Both the position numbers and the translations under genes were made by a program. DNA of 48,848 bases from Candidatus Cloacimonadota bacterium (GTDB lineage Bacteria; Cloacimonadota; Cloacimonadia; JGIOTU-2), in the NCBI GenBank assembly GCA_034661015.1, contig JAYEKN010000094.1, positions 1,631 to 50,478 of the forward strand. The letters are read 5' to 3'. Positions 9,060 through 16,774 of this stretch are shown piece by piece; within the stretch, counting starts at the first letter, position 1, and each line of letters opens with the position of its first letter. Below the pieces are notes generated by a model. The model made no database searches, was not told where the DNA came from, and saw only the letters and a list, made by a program, of their open reading frames with translations.

Positions 9060-9950
9060 CTATTTAAGTTTTTTTAATCTATCTTCAGCAGAAATAAGTT
9101 CCATTATTCTCACACCAAAGTTCTCATCCACTACAACCACTTCGCCTTTTGCAAACTTTTTGTCGTTTACATATACGTCCACATAATCACCGCTGGTTTT
9201 ATCGAGTTCGATAACTGAACCAGGGCCGATTTCCAATATGTCTCCCATAAGCATTTCGGCGCGTCCGAGTTCTATTACAATAGGAAGGGAGATGTCAACA
9301 AGCATGCTAATATCTCTACCAAGAGTTTTTCCCTTCCGGGACACACTTTTTTCAATCTGAGGTTTGTCATCTTCCGCAATTTCGCTTGTTGTCGCGGGTT
9401 TACTAATTAAATGGAGTAAATTCTTCACTTCTTCACTCTCCGTGTCCTGAATGTTTAGCAGGTAAGAACTCCATGGTATTTTTCCCCAGATTGGAGCATC
9501 CAATCCAACTTCGAGTGAATCAACATTCGTAAATTCTAAACTAATTTCATTTTCGGATTTTACTGCAGAAGTTACAGAACCAAGAGTTTGGTTGAACAAT
9601 TCTTTGATCGCATCAAGATGTTGGGAACTCTCGTAGGTGGCTGTTCCGTCACCCATCATTAACAAATCTGCGAGATAAGCAGTTGTGGAAGGACTAAGGG
9701 CAAACACTTCTTCAATCTCTAAGTTACTATCTCCTTTTACCGTAACGGGGACGATGATAAAGTTTTCACTAAGAAGCTGCTTTAACTGTTTTGATTCGAA
9801 GTTCGATTTTGGAGAACTTGAAACCGAAATTTTTTTGTCAGTTGCTTTTTCCAGAACTTCAGCTAGGCTAATAACCAAATTTTTGTTGATACTCTCTTGG
9901 ATTTTTTCATTATTTGTATTGGCTGGCATTTTAATATCCTCCTTCTTCAT
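9060..9950 (-). CDS. fliN: Flagellar switch protein FliN/FliY (C-terminal SpoA domain; N-terminal part with one CheC-like motif)
   Basis: C-terminal LPIVIELGRAEMLMGDILEIGPGSVIELDKTSGDYVDVYVNDKKFAKGEVVVVDENFGVRI. DAIKELFN fits the CheC-type D-x3-E-x2-N pattern. An alternative start at M8 (9929) would remove the overlap with fliM. Confidence 0.88.
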   Translation of the reverse strand: MKKEDIKMPANTNNEKIQESINKNLVISLAEVLEKATDKKISVSSSPKSNFESKQLKQLLSENFIIVPVTVKGDSNLEIEEVFALSPSTTAYLADLLMMGDGTATYESSQHLDAIKELFNQTLGSVTSAVKSENEISLEFTNVDSLEVGLDAPIWGKIPWSSYLLNIQDTESEEVKNLLHLISKPATTSEIAEDDKPQIEKSVSRKGKTLGRDISMLVDISLPIVIELGRAEMLMGDILEIGPGSVIELDKTSGDYVDVYVNDKKFAKGEVVVVDENFGVRIMELISAEDRLKKLK

Positions 9951-10923
9951 AAATTCTTGTTAATTGAACCGCTTTTCTTTTTCCATGTTTTATTAAGCGT
10001 CCAAAATATTTGGGAAATTTACCAATGAAAATTGGCAATTCGTCTTTTACTTCATGATCAGTTACAATCAAATCTCCATTTTTAAGTTGCATAAAATCTC
10101 CTATCGTAATATTTACTGGCTTTATTTTTGCTAAAAAATCAATTTTACTATTATAAAGAGTGCTTTTTATTTTTTTGCTTTCTTCTTCACTGACACTTTT
10201 TACTCTGATCTTTTGTGTGGAAATTCCTTTGATTATTGATTCCATTGCATAATAGGGATAACAAATATTCATCGTGTATTTTGTTCCTGCGAATTCCATA
10301 CCGAAAAAATGAACGATTGTGATTTCATTCGGATGTGTTAATTGCACAAGTTGCGGACTGGTTTCAAAGCCTTTATACTGATAATTTACATCAACTACAT
10401 TTCTCCACGAGATGTTCAGATTATTGATAAGTTGGAAGATAATTTTCCTCATTGTCTTTTGTTCTATTGTTGTAGTAGATCGTTCATAGAAATTCCCTTC
10501 ACCTGTTCCACCAAAAACTCTATCTACAATGAGTTGAACAAATCGTGAGTTGATTTCGACTAAAGCATCACCCATAACCGGTGAAGTGATTGTGTAAAGA
10601 CAGGTGGATTCATCAAATGCCGACATATATTCATTGTAGCGAACTTGATCAACTGACAATGTTTCCAGATCGACAATAGTTCTAAGAGAAGCGCTTAAAT
10701 TTGCACTAAAGCTCTTGGCAAACGTATCATGGATAAATTTCAGTATTCTGAATTGAGCCTTGTAAAGAAGTTCCGGGTGCTTGAAGTCATATCTGCGAAT
10801 CTTTTTCTTGGCGATCTTCTTACTTTTCTTCTCCAGCACATCCAGATCAATTTCAGTTTCCTCTTCGTCTGCGGAATCAACGAGTAAGGCATCAATTTCA
10901 TCCTGCGATAATATTTTTTTCAT
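9931..10923 (-). CDS. fliM: Flagellar switch protein FliM
   Basis: N-terminal CheY-P binding peptide LSQDEIDALL, size of 330 aa, position between fliL and fliN. Confidence 0.95.
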   Translation of the reverse strand: MKKILSQDEIDALLVDSADEEETEIDLDVLEKKSKKIAKKKIRRYDFKHPELLYKAQFRILKFIHDTFAKSFSANLSASLRTIVDLETLSVDQVRYNEYMSAFDESTCLYTITSPVMGDALVEINSRFVQLIVDRVFGGTGEGNFYERSTTTIEQKTMRKIIFQLINNLNISWRNVVDVNYQYKGFETSPQLVQLTHPNEITIVHFFGMEFAGTKYTMNICYPYYAMESIIKGISTQKIRVKSVSEEESKKIKSTLYNSKIDFLAKIKPVNITIGDFMQLKNGDLIVTDHEVKDELPIFIGKFPKYFGRLIKHGKRKAVQLTRIYEEGGY

Positions 10924-10956
10924 TCAAACTCCTTAATTTCATGTTAAAATTTATTC

Positions 10957-11637
10957 CTATTGTAAAACAAATTTGGGGAAATAAACATTTTCTATAGTTC
11001 CTTCTCCTAATATTTCCTCAATCAATTCTTTTACTTCGGCTCTTAGCAAAACTATATTTGAAGGATTTGTGTAATAATCCATTCGTTTATTCATCATACA
11101 TTCTATAATATTATCCTTGATAATCGGTTCCCATGTCTTCAAGTCATCCCCCTTCATCTTATCTGTTAATTCCAAAGCAATTGCCACAACCATAAATCGA
11201 ATTGCGTAGGTGTCTTTGGGATTGATGATTATTTCACCATCCAATTCATACATCGTACCCAAACTATGCTTCTCCTTTTTTTCTTTCTTTTTCTCCTCTT
11301 TTAATGTTTCTTCTTTTTCAATTTCTAATTTAGCGATTTTTTCGTGATAATTATTTAAACTATCCAAAACAGTAGTTTGCAAAAGAGAAGTTATTTTTTC
11401 GGGAGTAAGTATGGAATTTTTTAAAACAACATATCTCATTATTCCCAATCCCACAAGAGGTTGCATAACTATTATCGCAATTAAAATGTACAAATTCAGA
11501 TTAAAAACCTTAATAACTTTGAACTTTTTTTGAATAAGTTGCCTTAAACTCGCAAAATTTAATTTGGGATTTGCTTTTTTCGGTTCTTTCTTTTGGTTTT
11601 CAGTTTCTTCTTCTGTTGTTATCTTTTCGTCTGCCAT
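10957..11637 (-). CDS. fliL: Flagellar basal-body-associated protein FliL
   Basis: Charged N-terminus, single TM helix, C-terminal ...EEILGEGTIENVYFPKFVLQ. Sits in the motB-fliL-fliM position. Confidence 0.85.
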   Translation of the reverse strand: MADEKITTEEETENQKKEPKKANPKLNFASLRQLIQKKFKVIKVFNLNLYILIAIIVMQPLVGLGIMRYVVLKNSILTPEKITSLLQTTVLDSLNNYHEKIAKLEIEKEETLKEEKKKEKKEKHSLGTMYELDGEIIINPKDTYAIRFMVVAIALELTDKMKGDDLKTWEPIIKDNIIECMMNKRMDYYTNPSNIVLLRAEVKELIEEILGEGTIENVYFPKFVLQ

Positions 11638-11655
11638 AATATCTCACTTATTAAA

Positions 11656-12354
11656 TTATATTCTCAGTTTTAAATAAAGTTGAACTCGTCTATTTTTAGC
11701 ACGATTTTCCGGATTATCATTCGGAACAAGGGGTCTGTATTCACCATAACCTGTTGCACTCAAACGAGTTGGTGCAATATTGCCGTATTTTTGTAGAAAT
11801 TCTACTACTGCCACAGCTCGTGCAGTTGATAATGCCCAATTAGATGAAAATTCGGGCGTATGTATCGGGGTGTCATCTGTAAATCCTCGCACATCAATAT
11901 TAATGTTACTTTTTGAACTTAAAATATCTGAAAGGGAAAGAAGAAGTTTTTCCGCTTGAGAAGTTAATAAGGCATTTTTTTTTGCAAATAGCAAACTATC
12001 ATTAATATCCATAAAAATGCCGCTAAGATCATATTTCATTACAACTGCACTTGTGGGAATTTTTCCACTTTCCAATGCTTTTTCCATCTGTTGAACGGTT
12101 AAAAGCAATTTATGCCTTTCTCGTAATTCTGCTGCTGGCCTCGGAAGATAAGAAGGTACGCTGGTTTCTGGTTTAGTAATCCCAAAAGCACCTTGTAGTG
12201 AACCCATTGCTTTGTGAAACATTGATGTCTGGATTGATGAAAAGGATACAATAAGCACAAAGAAGGTGAGTAGCAAAGTCATCATATCACCGTAGGTTGT
12301 CATCCAAGCCGGTGATCCTTCTTCACATTTAACTTCGTTTTCTTCTTCAGCCAT
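11656..12354 (-). CDS. motB: Flagellar stator protein MotB (OmpA-like peptidoglycan-binding C-terminus)
   Basis: PAWMTTYGDMMTLLLTFFVLIVSF contains the conserved channel Asp. C-terminal GFTDDTPI...SNWALSTARAVAV...GYGEYRPL...NRRVQL. Confidence 0.92.
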   Translation of the reverse strand: MAEEENEVKCEEGSPAWMTTYGDMMTLLLTFFVLIVSFSSIQTSMFHKAMGSLQGAFGITKPETSVPSYLPRPAAELRERHKLLLTVQQMEKALESGKIPTSAVVMKYDLSGIFMDINDSLLFAKKNALLTSQAEKLLLSLSDILSSKSNINIDVRGFTDDTPIHTPEFSSNWALSTARAVAVVEFLQKYGNIAPTRLSATGYGEYRPLVPNDNPENRAKNRRVQLYLKLRI

Positions 12355-12390
12355 GATTATTTACCATTCCTTTAAGACATAAACACATTA

Positions 12391-14157
12391 TTATATTTTT
12401 CCTTTTTGTTTAATTGGTGAATTGAATTTTTTAATCAAACGAACTTCCTCTATTCCCACATTTAATAACTCCGCAATTTCATCGGTAGATTTGCCTTCTT
12501 TGAGAAGTTCTACGATTTTTTGTTTCAGTTCATCTTCCGCTTGACGTTTTTTTTCGTTCTGAGCCGGATTAGATTTGTCTTCAGAAGGTTTGGTTTCCTC
12601 TTCAATTTCATCTATGGTTTCATCCTTCTTTTCTTTTTCGTGAATTTCAGAAGCAGGTTGCTCCGATTTCTCTTCCGGTTCCTCTTTATTAGAATCATCA
12701 TCAACAGGTTCAGAATCTTTAGCTGAATTGTCTTCTTCCTTTTGGAATTCACCTTTCTTCTTTTTTTTACTTTTTTTTATTCGTTTTACTTTTTTATCTT
12801 TCTTAATTTTTTTTGTTTTCTTTAACTTCTTGGTTTTTTCCTTTTTATTTGATTTTTTCTTTTCCGTTGAAGGTTCATCATCAGTCATAGAAGAAATTTT
12901 CTTTTTCCTTTTTGAAAACAATTTAAACAAAATGAATCCAATAAGAGCCAGAATAAAAATGCCAACCGGAATAAGAATAAATAAATTTGTTCTATGTATC
13001 TGAATATTATTAAAGAAATTTTTCCAAAAAGCAAGTGTGAGTAAAGATGTTAGACCGGATTTTTGTCTATCCGAATTAACGTCTTTCAACAAACGAGCGT
13101 AGGTTGATTCGCATTTTTTTGAATCTCCAATCGTTTGATACAAAACAGCAAGTAGTTGCAAAGCTTCCTCAGAATATTCATTTTTACTGACCGTTTTTTC
13201 AAGAGATTCTATCGCTTTATCGTATTCTTTATTTTGGAAATACCTTTTGCCGTAATAAAAATCGTGACCATATCGCTCGTTAGTTACAATTCTTTTCTTT
13301 GTCTGTTTAGTTGATTTCTCTTTGGCATCTGAGATCGAATTTGAGTGAGCCGGAATTATCGTTATCTTTTCTCCAAAAATGATTTTCTCATCCGAGCCGA
13401 AAGGGGTTGAATGCGTTGTGGTTTTATTCTGTGAGTCAAAATTGATTAGAAGGAGGTTAGAATTATTCAAGAAAACAAAGTTTGTTTTGCTTTCATAGAT
13501 TTTTTTAGCAAATTTTTTCCTATATTTCCAAATATAATCCGGAGTATTTTCCTCTTCGATTATATTCAGGTCTTTTCTAACATTTTTTCCTCTCTCAGAA
13601 TAATTCAAATCATAGAAATGAAAAAAAGGATATGCATTTTTCAGTTTAGAATCAAACCTACCTCCGATTTGATTTGTAAACAGATCAACGGAATCTCGCT
13701 CTGCAGAAATATCGTAATAAATTATCAGAGGATTAGATGAAAGATATTCATTCAGATCAGGATAGAGATTTTGTTCGGGATTTGACTTACGCAATTTTTT
13801 TCCAAAATCCTCTTTATAGATTGCCGAAATACTGAAATTGAAATATATAAAAATATTCACATCATATTTAGTGTAATTTATACTAAATTTGTTCACAGAC
13901 GGTTCGTTTGCAAAAATGTTTTGCATTAGTAACTTTTCCATATCTGAAAAAGTTGCGTTTTTTAGGGTAATTACACATAATGAATTGCAGTAAGATATGT
14001 TGCACGAAAAATTTTTATCATTGAGAAAAGTAAGAACAAAATCATCCTGAACATGTTTTTTTTCCACAACAAGCGTCTCCGCATTGGTAACCCATAAAAC
14101 AGATATGAGCATAATTATAAAAATACTTTTTGAAATTTTTTCTTTAAACGTAAACAT
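12391..14157 (-). CDS. Hypothetical membrane protein. Signal peptide, extracytoplasmic domain of about 360 aa with a TPR-like stretch, TM helix, Lys-rich then acidic disordered cytoplasmic region, C-terminal HTH-like module
   Basis: Signal peptide KSIFIIMLISVLWVTNA-ET. TPR-like YYGKRYFQNKEYDKAIESLEKTV...ALQLLAVLYQTIGD (aa ~296-360). TM helix NLFILIPVGIFILALIGFILFKLF (aa 391-414), followed by SKRKKK. K-rich aa 420-470, D/E-rich aa 470-545. C-terminal KIVELLKEGKSTDEIAELLNVGIEEVRLIKKF resembles a sigma-70 region-4/LuxR-type HTH. I recognise no family for the N-terminal domain. Confidence 0.6.
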   Translation of the reverse strand: MFTFKEKISKSIFIIMLISVLWVTNAETLVVEKKHVQDDFVLTFLNDKNFSCNISYCNSLCVITLKNATFSDMEKLLMQNIFANEPSVNKFSINYTKYDVNIFIYFNFSISAIYKEDFGKKLRKSNPEQNLYPDLNEYLSSNPLIIYYDISAERDSVDLFTNQIGGRFDSKLKNAYPFFHFYDLNYSERGKNVRKDLNIIEEENTPDYIWKYRKKFAKKIYESKTNFVFLNNSNLLLINFDSQNKTTTHSTPFGSDEKIIFGEKITIIPAHSNSISDAKEKSTKQTKKRIVTNERYGHDFYYGKRYFQNKEYDKAIESLEKTVSKNEYSEEALQLLAVLYQTIGDSKKCESTYARLLKDVNSDRQKSGLTSLLTLAFWKNFFNNIQIHRTNLFILIPVGIFILALIGFILFKLFSKRKKKISSMTDDEPSTEKKKSNKKEKTKKLKKTKKIKKDKKVKRIKKSKKKKKGEFQKEEDNSAKDSEPVDDDSNKEEPEEKSEQPASEIHEKEKKDETIDEIEEETKPSEDKSNPAQNEKKRQAEDELKQKIVELLKEGKSTDEIAELLNVGIEEVRLIKKFNSPIKQKGKI

Positions 14158-14404
14158 CGATTGCCATTCCCTTTCCAGTAACTTTTGAATCCGTTTTTGG
14201 TTTAGATGAAGTTTTATCGGATTTTGTTGAATGTTTTCTAACCACAGGTTGCTCTTTAGATTTTTTTTTGTTTTTTAATTTAATTTTTTCTTTTTTGGGT
14301 TGCTTTCTATCGCTTTTATCACCGAAACTATTTTTTGAGAGCTCCCCAACGGTTCTATTTTGATCCGGTTTGCTAATGGATGTTAATTGTTCTTGATCTG
14401 ACAT
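14144..14404 (-). CDS. Hypothetical small lysine/serine-rich (probably disordered) protein
   Basis: 86-aa ORF on the operon strand that fills the gap between the neighbouring genes. It overlaps the next start by 14 nt. No recognisable motif; the composition is low-complexity. Confidence 0.35.
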   Translation of the reverse strand: MSDQEQLTSISKPDQNRTVGELSKNSFGDKSDRKQPKKEKIKLKNKKKSKEQPVVRKHSTKSDKTSSKPKTDSKVTGKGMAIDVYV

Positions 14405-14413
14405 AATTCCTTC

Positions 14414-14671
14414 TTACTTTTTTTTCTTAACCTTTTTGGTTTTTGGGGTGGAATTATCTTTTGGCTTAACATCGAAACCTTTTTTTTGATTAATGGAGAT
14501 TGAAATTATCGTGATGATCAACTGAGCGAACAGGATCAGCAAATATGTAGAAACAAAAATTATCAAACCATTGATCAATACATTGATTGAGACTGCATTA
14601 TTTAGCAGATTTATCATGGCTCCAACTACTGTAACAAGCAAACAGATTTTGATAATATTTGAGTTTTTCAT
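14414..14671 (-). CDS. Hypothetical small membrane protein (two TM helices, poly-Lys tail)
   Basis: 85-aa ORF directly downstream of flhG on the operon strand. Hydrophobic helices IIKICLLVTVVGAMINLL and LIIFVSTYLLILFAQLIITIISI; C-terminal KTKKVKKKK. Confidence 0.4.
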   Translation of the reverse strand: MKNSNIIKICLLVTVVGAMINLLNNAVSINVLINGLIIFVSTYLLILFAQLIITIISISINQKKGFDVKPKDNSTPKTKKVKKKK

Positions 14672-14703
14672 TTCTTGAATGATAATTTGAATTATCGTTT
14701 CCT

Positions 14704-15609
14704 TTATTTTATCTTCCCTTTATTTGAGTGAAATTTTTTAAATTTGTTAAAAATCGCACTCGAAATTGATTTAATATTTTTTGCTACTGATGAATTTGGC
14801 TTATACTTCACAACCGGAATTTGCTTTTTTTCCGCTTGAATACAATCCTCACTTTTTTCTGTATATCCAAGCAGAATTATTTCTTTGGAGAGAAAATGTT
14901 TTATGACAAGATTCAATTTGTCGAAAATTTCCTCCCCTTCGTTTTTACCGGATACCTCATTCACCACAACATGGATGGGCATATCCTCATTTTCCAAAAT
15001 TGCTAATTTTATGGATGCATACGCATCTACAATTGAAGATTGCTCGGGAGTGATCACAATCAAAGTTTCGTCTGAAAAATTAATAAAATCGAGAACAAAC
15101 CGATCGATTCCAGCGGGACAATCAAAAATAATTATATCATAATTTTTTTCCAGTTTTCGGATAACATTCAGGATTCGATCTATCGCGACCTCTTCATTAT
15201 CCAAAATTTCTATAGAACCTGAAGTAGCAGGCAAGAAATCAATGCCGGATTCATGCTTGACGATAATGTCTTCCACATTCAGATCATTTTCAAATACATG
15301 ATGAAGATTTTTCCCTAATTTTAGACCAAGCATAATATCAAGGTTTCCCAGATTTATATCTGCGTCAACAAGAAGAATTTTGTAGGCAAATCGTCCGATG
15401 CTTTGCATAGAAATGGCGATATTCATAGCCATCGTTGATTTTCCTACACCTCCCTTACCGCTTGCAATTGCAATTTTGTATGCTGAATTCGAGTCGAAAA
15501 GTTTTGACTCTCTTTTTTTTATGATCTGAGCAGATTTTCTTAGATTTTCTGCTTGATCAAGCGGATAAGAAATTCTGTTATCAGTTTGCGAAAAACTTTT
15601 TTCATTCAT
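14704..15609 (-). CDS. flhG: MinD/ParA-type ATPase FlhG (FleN)
   Basis: Deviant Walker A IASGKGGVGKST, located directly after flhF. I place the start at the ATG at 15609 (MNEKSF...), 8 nt after the flhF stop. The ORF track extends to 15657. Confidence 0.88.
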   Translation of the reverse strand: MNEKSFSQTDNRISYPLDQAENLRKSAQIIKKRESKLFDSNSAYKIAIASGKGGVGKSTMAMNIAISMQSIGRFAYKILLVDADINLGNLDIMLGLKLGKNLHHVFENDLNVEDIIVKHESGIDFLPATSGSIEILDNEEVAIDRILNVIRKLEKNYDIIIFDCPAGIDRFVLDFINFSDETLIVITPEQSSIVDAYASIKLAILENEDMPIHVVVNEVSGKNEGEEIFDKLNLVIKHFLSKEIILLGYTEKSEDCIQAEKKQIPVVKYKPNSSVAKNIKSISSAIFNKFKKFHSNKGKIK

Positions 15610-15616
15610 AATTTCA

Positions 15617-16774
15617 TTACACCAAATTACTTTCATTTTGAAAAAACAGATTAACATAATTGTCTTCGGAAATTATTCTAATATCATCAGGTACATTCTG
15701 TCCATTCGTGTAATAAGCCAAAGGAACTTCATTCATCATAAGAAAGTTTAGCATTACACCCGGCTGAGAAGTTTCATCCAATTTTGAAAAAATTACTCTA
15801 TCCACATTTCCAATTAATTTGTAGCGATTATAAGCATCATACATATCTCTTTCGTTCATGTTTGCACTCAGAATGAGATGAATTTCATCAATGGCAACGC
15901 CCTCGAATAAATTTAGAAGTTCCAAAATGGATTCACTGTTTCTGGGGCTTCTGCCGATTGTGTCTATCAGAATCACATCCTTATCCTGATTTCGCTGGAT
16001 GGCGGAAAAAAGATTTTTTTTCTTGTATATGATTTCAAAGGGGATATTGGAAATATTGGCAAATGTGCGTAACTGCTGGATAGCTGCGATCCGGAATGTA
16101 TCAATTGAAAAAAGAGCTGTGTTATAATTACCAAAAAAATTTTCATTGGTAGCTAATTTGGCAATCGTAGTTGTTTTTCCCACACCTGTTGGTCCAATGA
16201 CTGCAATAATCAATGGCTTTTTCTTCACTTCGATTTTTTTCATATTGAGATGATAATTAATCTCATCAGAAATGATTCCCTTAATTGAGACAGTGTCGGT
16301 GATTTTGCTCTTCAGGATTTTCTTTTCAGCCCCGGCAATCAAATTTGTTGCAATAGAACGATGTGTCCCATTTCTGGTAAGCCTATTGAAATATTCGGAA
16401 ACTTTTGGAGTAAACTCAATTTCTTTATCGGGAAATTTATCCTTGATGCCGATAAATTCCTGCTGCAACTTATGAAAATCCTCCTTGAGCAAATCGAAAT
16501 CATATTTTTTATTTCCTGAAACATCTGCGTCCATGTCTTGTGAATGTTTTTTAGTGCCATACAATTGACGGTCTCGACGTTTAGGTGATTTTTGAATTTG
16601 TTTGGAATTTAATTGTTCATCATAGGCTGCAATTGCTTTTATAATGTTTCCGTTTTTTACTTTTTCTGATCCGAGATGTTCGGTTTTTAAAATAATAGCA
16701 TCCTCACCAAATTCATTTTTGATTTGTTCAATAACTTCTTGCACACTTTTACCATAAAAAGTATTAACTCGCAT
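15617..16774 (-). CDS. flhF: SRP-type GTPase FlhF
   Basis: IAVIGPTGVGKTTTIAKLA, DTIGRS and FSKLDET G-motifs. Lies between flhA and flhG. Confidence 0.93.
   Translation of the reverse strand: MRVNTFYGKSVQEVIEQIKNEFGEDAIILKTEHLGSEKVKNGNIIKAIAAYDEQLNSKQIQKSPKRRDRQLYGTKKHSQDMDADVSGNKKYDFDLLKEDFHKLQQEFIGIKDKFPDKEIEFTPKVSEYFNRLTRNGTHRSIATNLIAGAEKKILKSKITDTVSIKGIISDEINYHLNMKKIEVKKKPLIIAVIGPTGVGKTTTIAKLATNENFFGNYNTALFSIDTFRIAAIQQLRTFANISNIPFEIIYKKKNLFSAIQRNQDKDVILIDTIGRSPRNSESILELLNLFEGVAIDEIHLILSANMNERDMYDAYNRYKLIGNVDRVIFSKLDETSQPGVMLNFLMMNEVPLAYYTNGQNVPDDIRIISEDNYVNLFFQNESNLV

Noticed and set aside
12520-13003. Plus-strand Phe-rich ORFs (68 and 91 aa)
   Set aside because: They are the antisense reading of the Lys/Glu-rich region of the 588-aa gene (AAA/GAA codons read as TTT/TTC), which is a compositional artefact.
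14144-14404. Whether the 86-aa disordered basic protein could be the anti-sigma-28 factor FlgM
   Set aside because: The size and predicted disorder fit, but the C-terminal half lacks the amphipathic helical FlgM sigma-binding signature, and the sequence is essentially K/S/T low-complexity. No basis for the call.
16425-16460. GCCGATAA (sigma-28 -10-like) on the plus strand inside flhF
   Set aside because: It lies within a coding region on the opposite strand, has no matching -35 TAAA at the right spacing, and has no downstream plus-strand gene.
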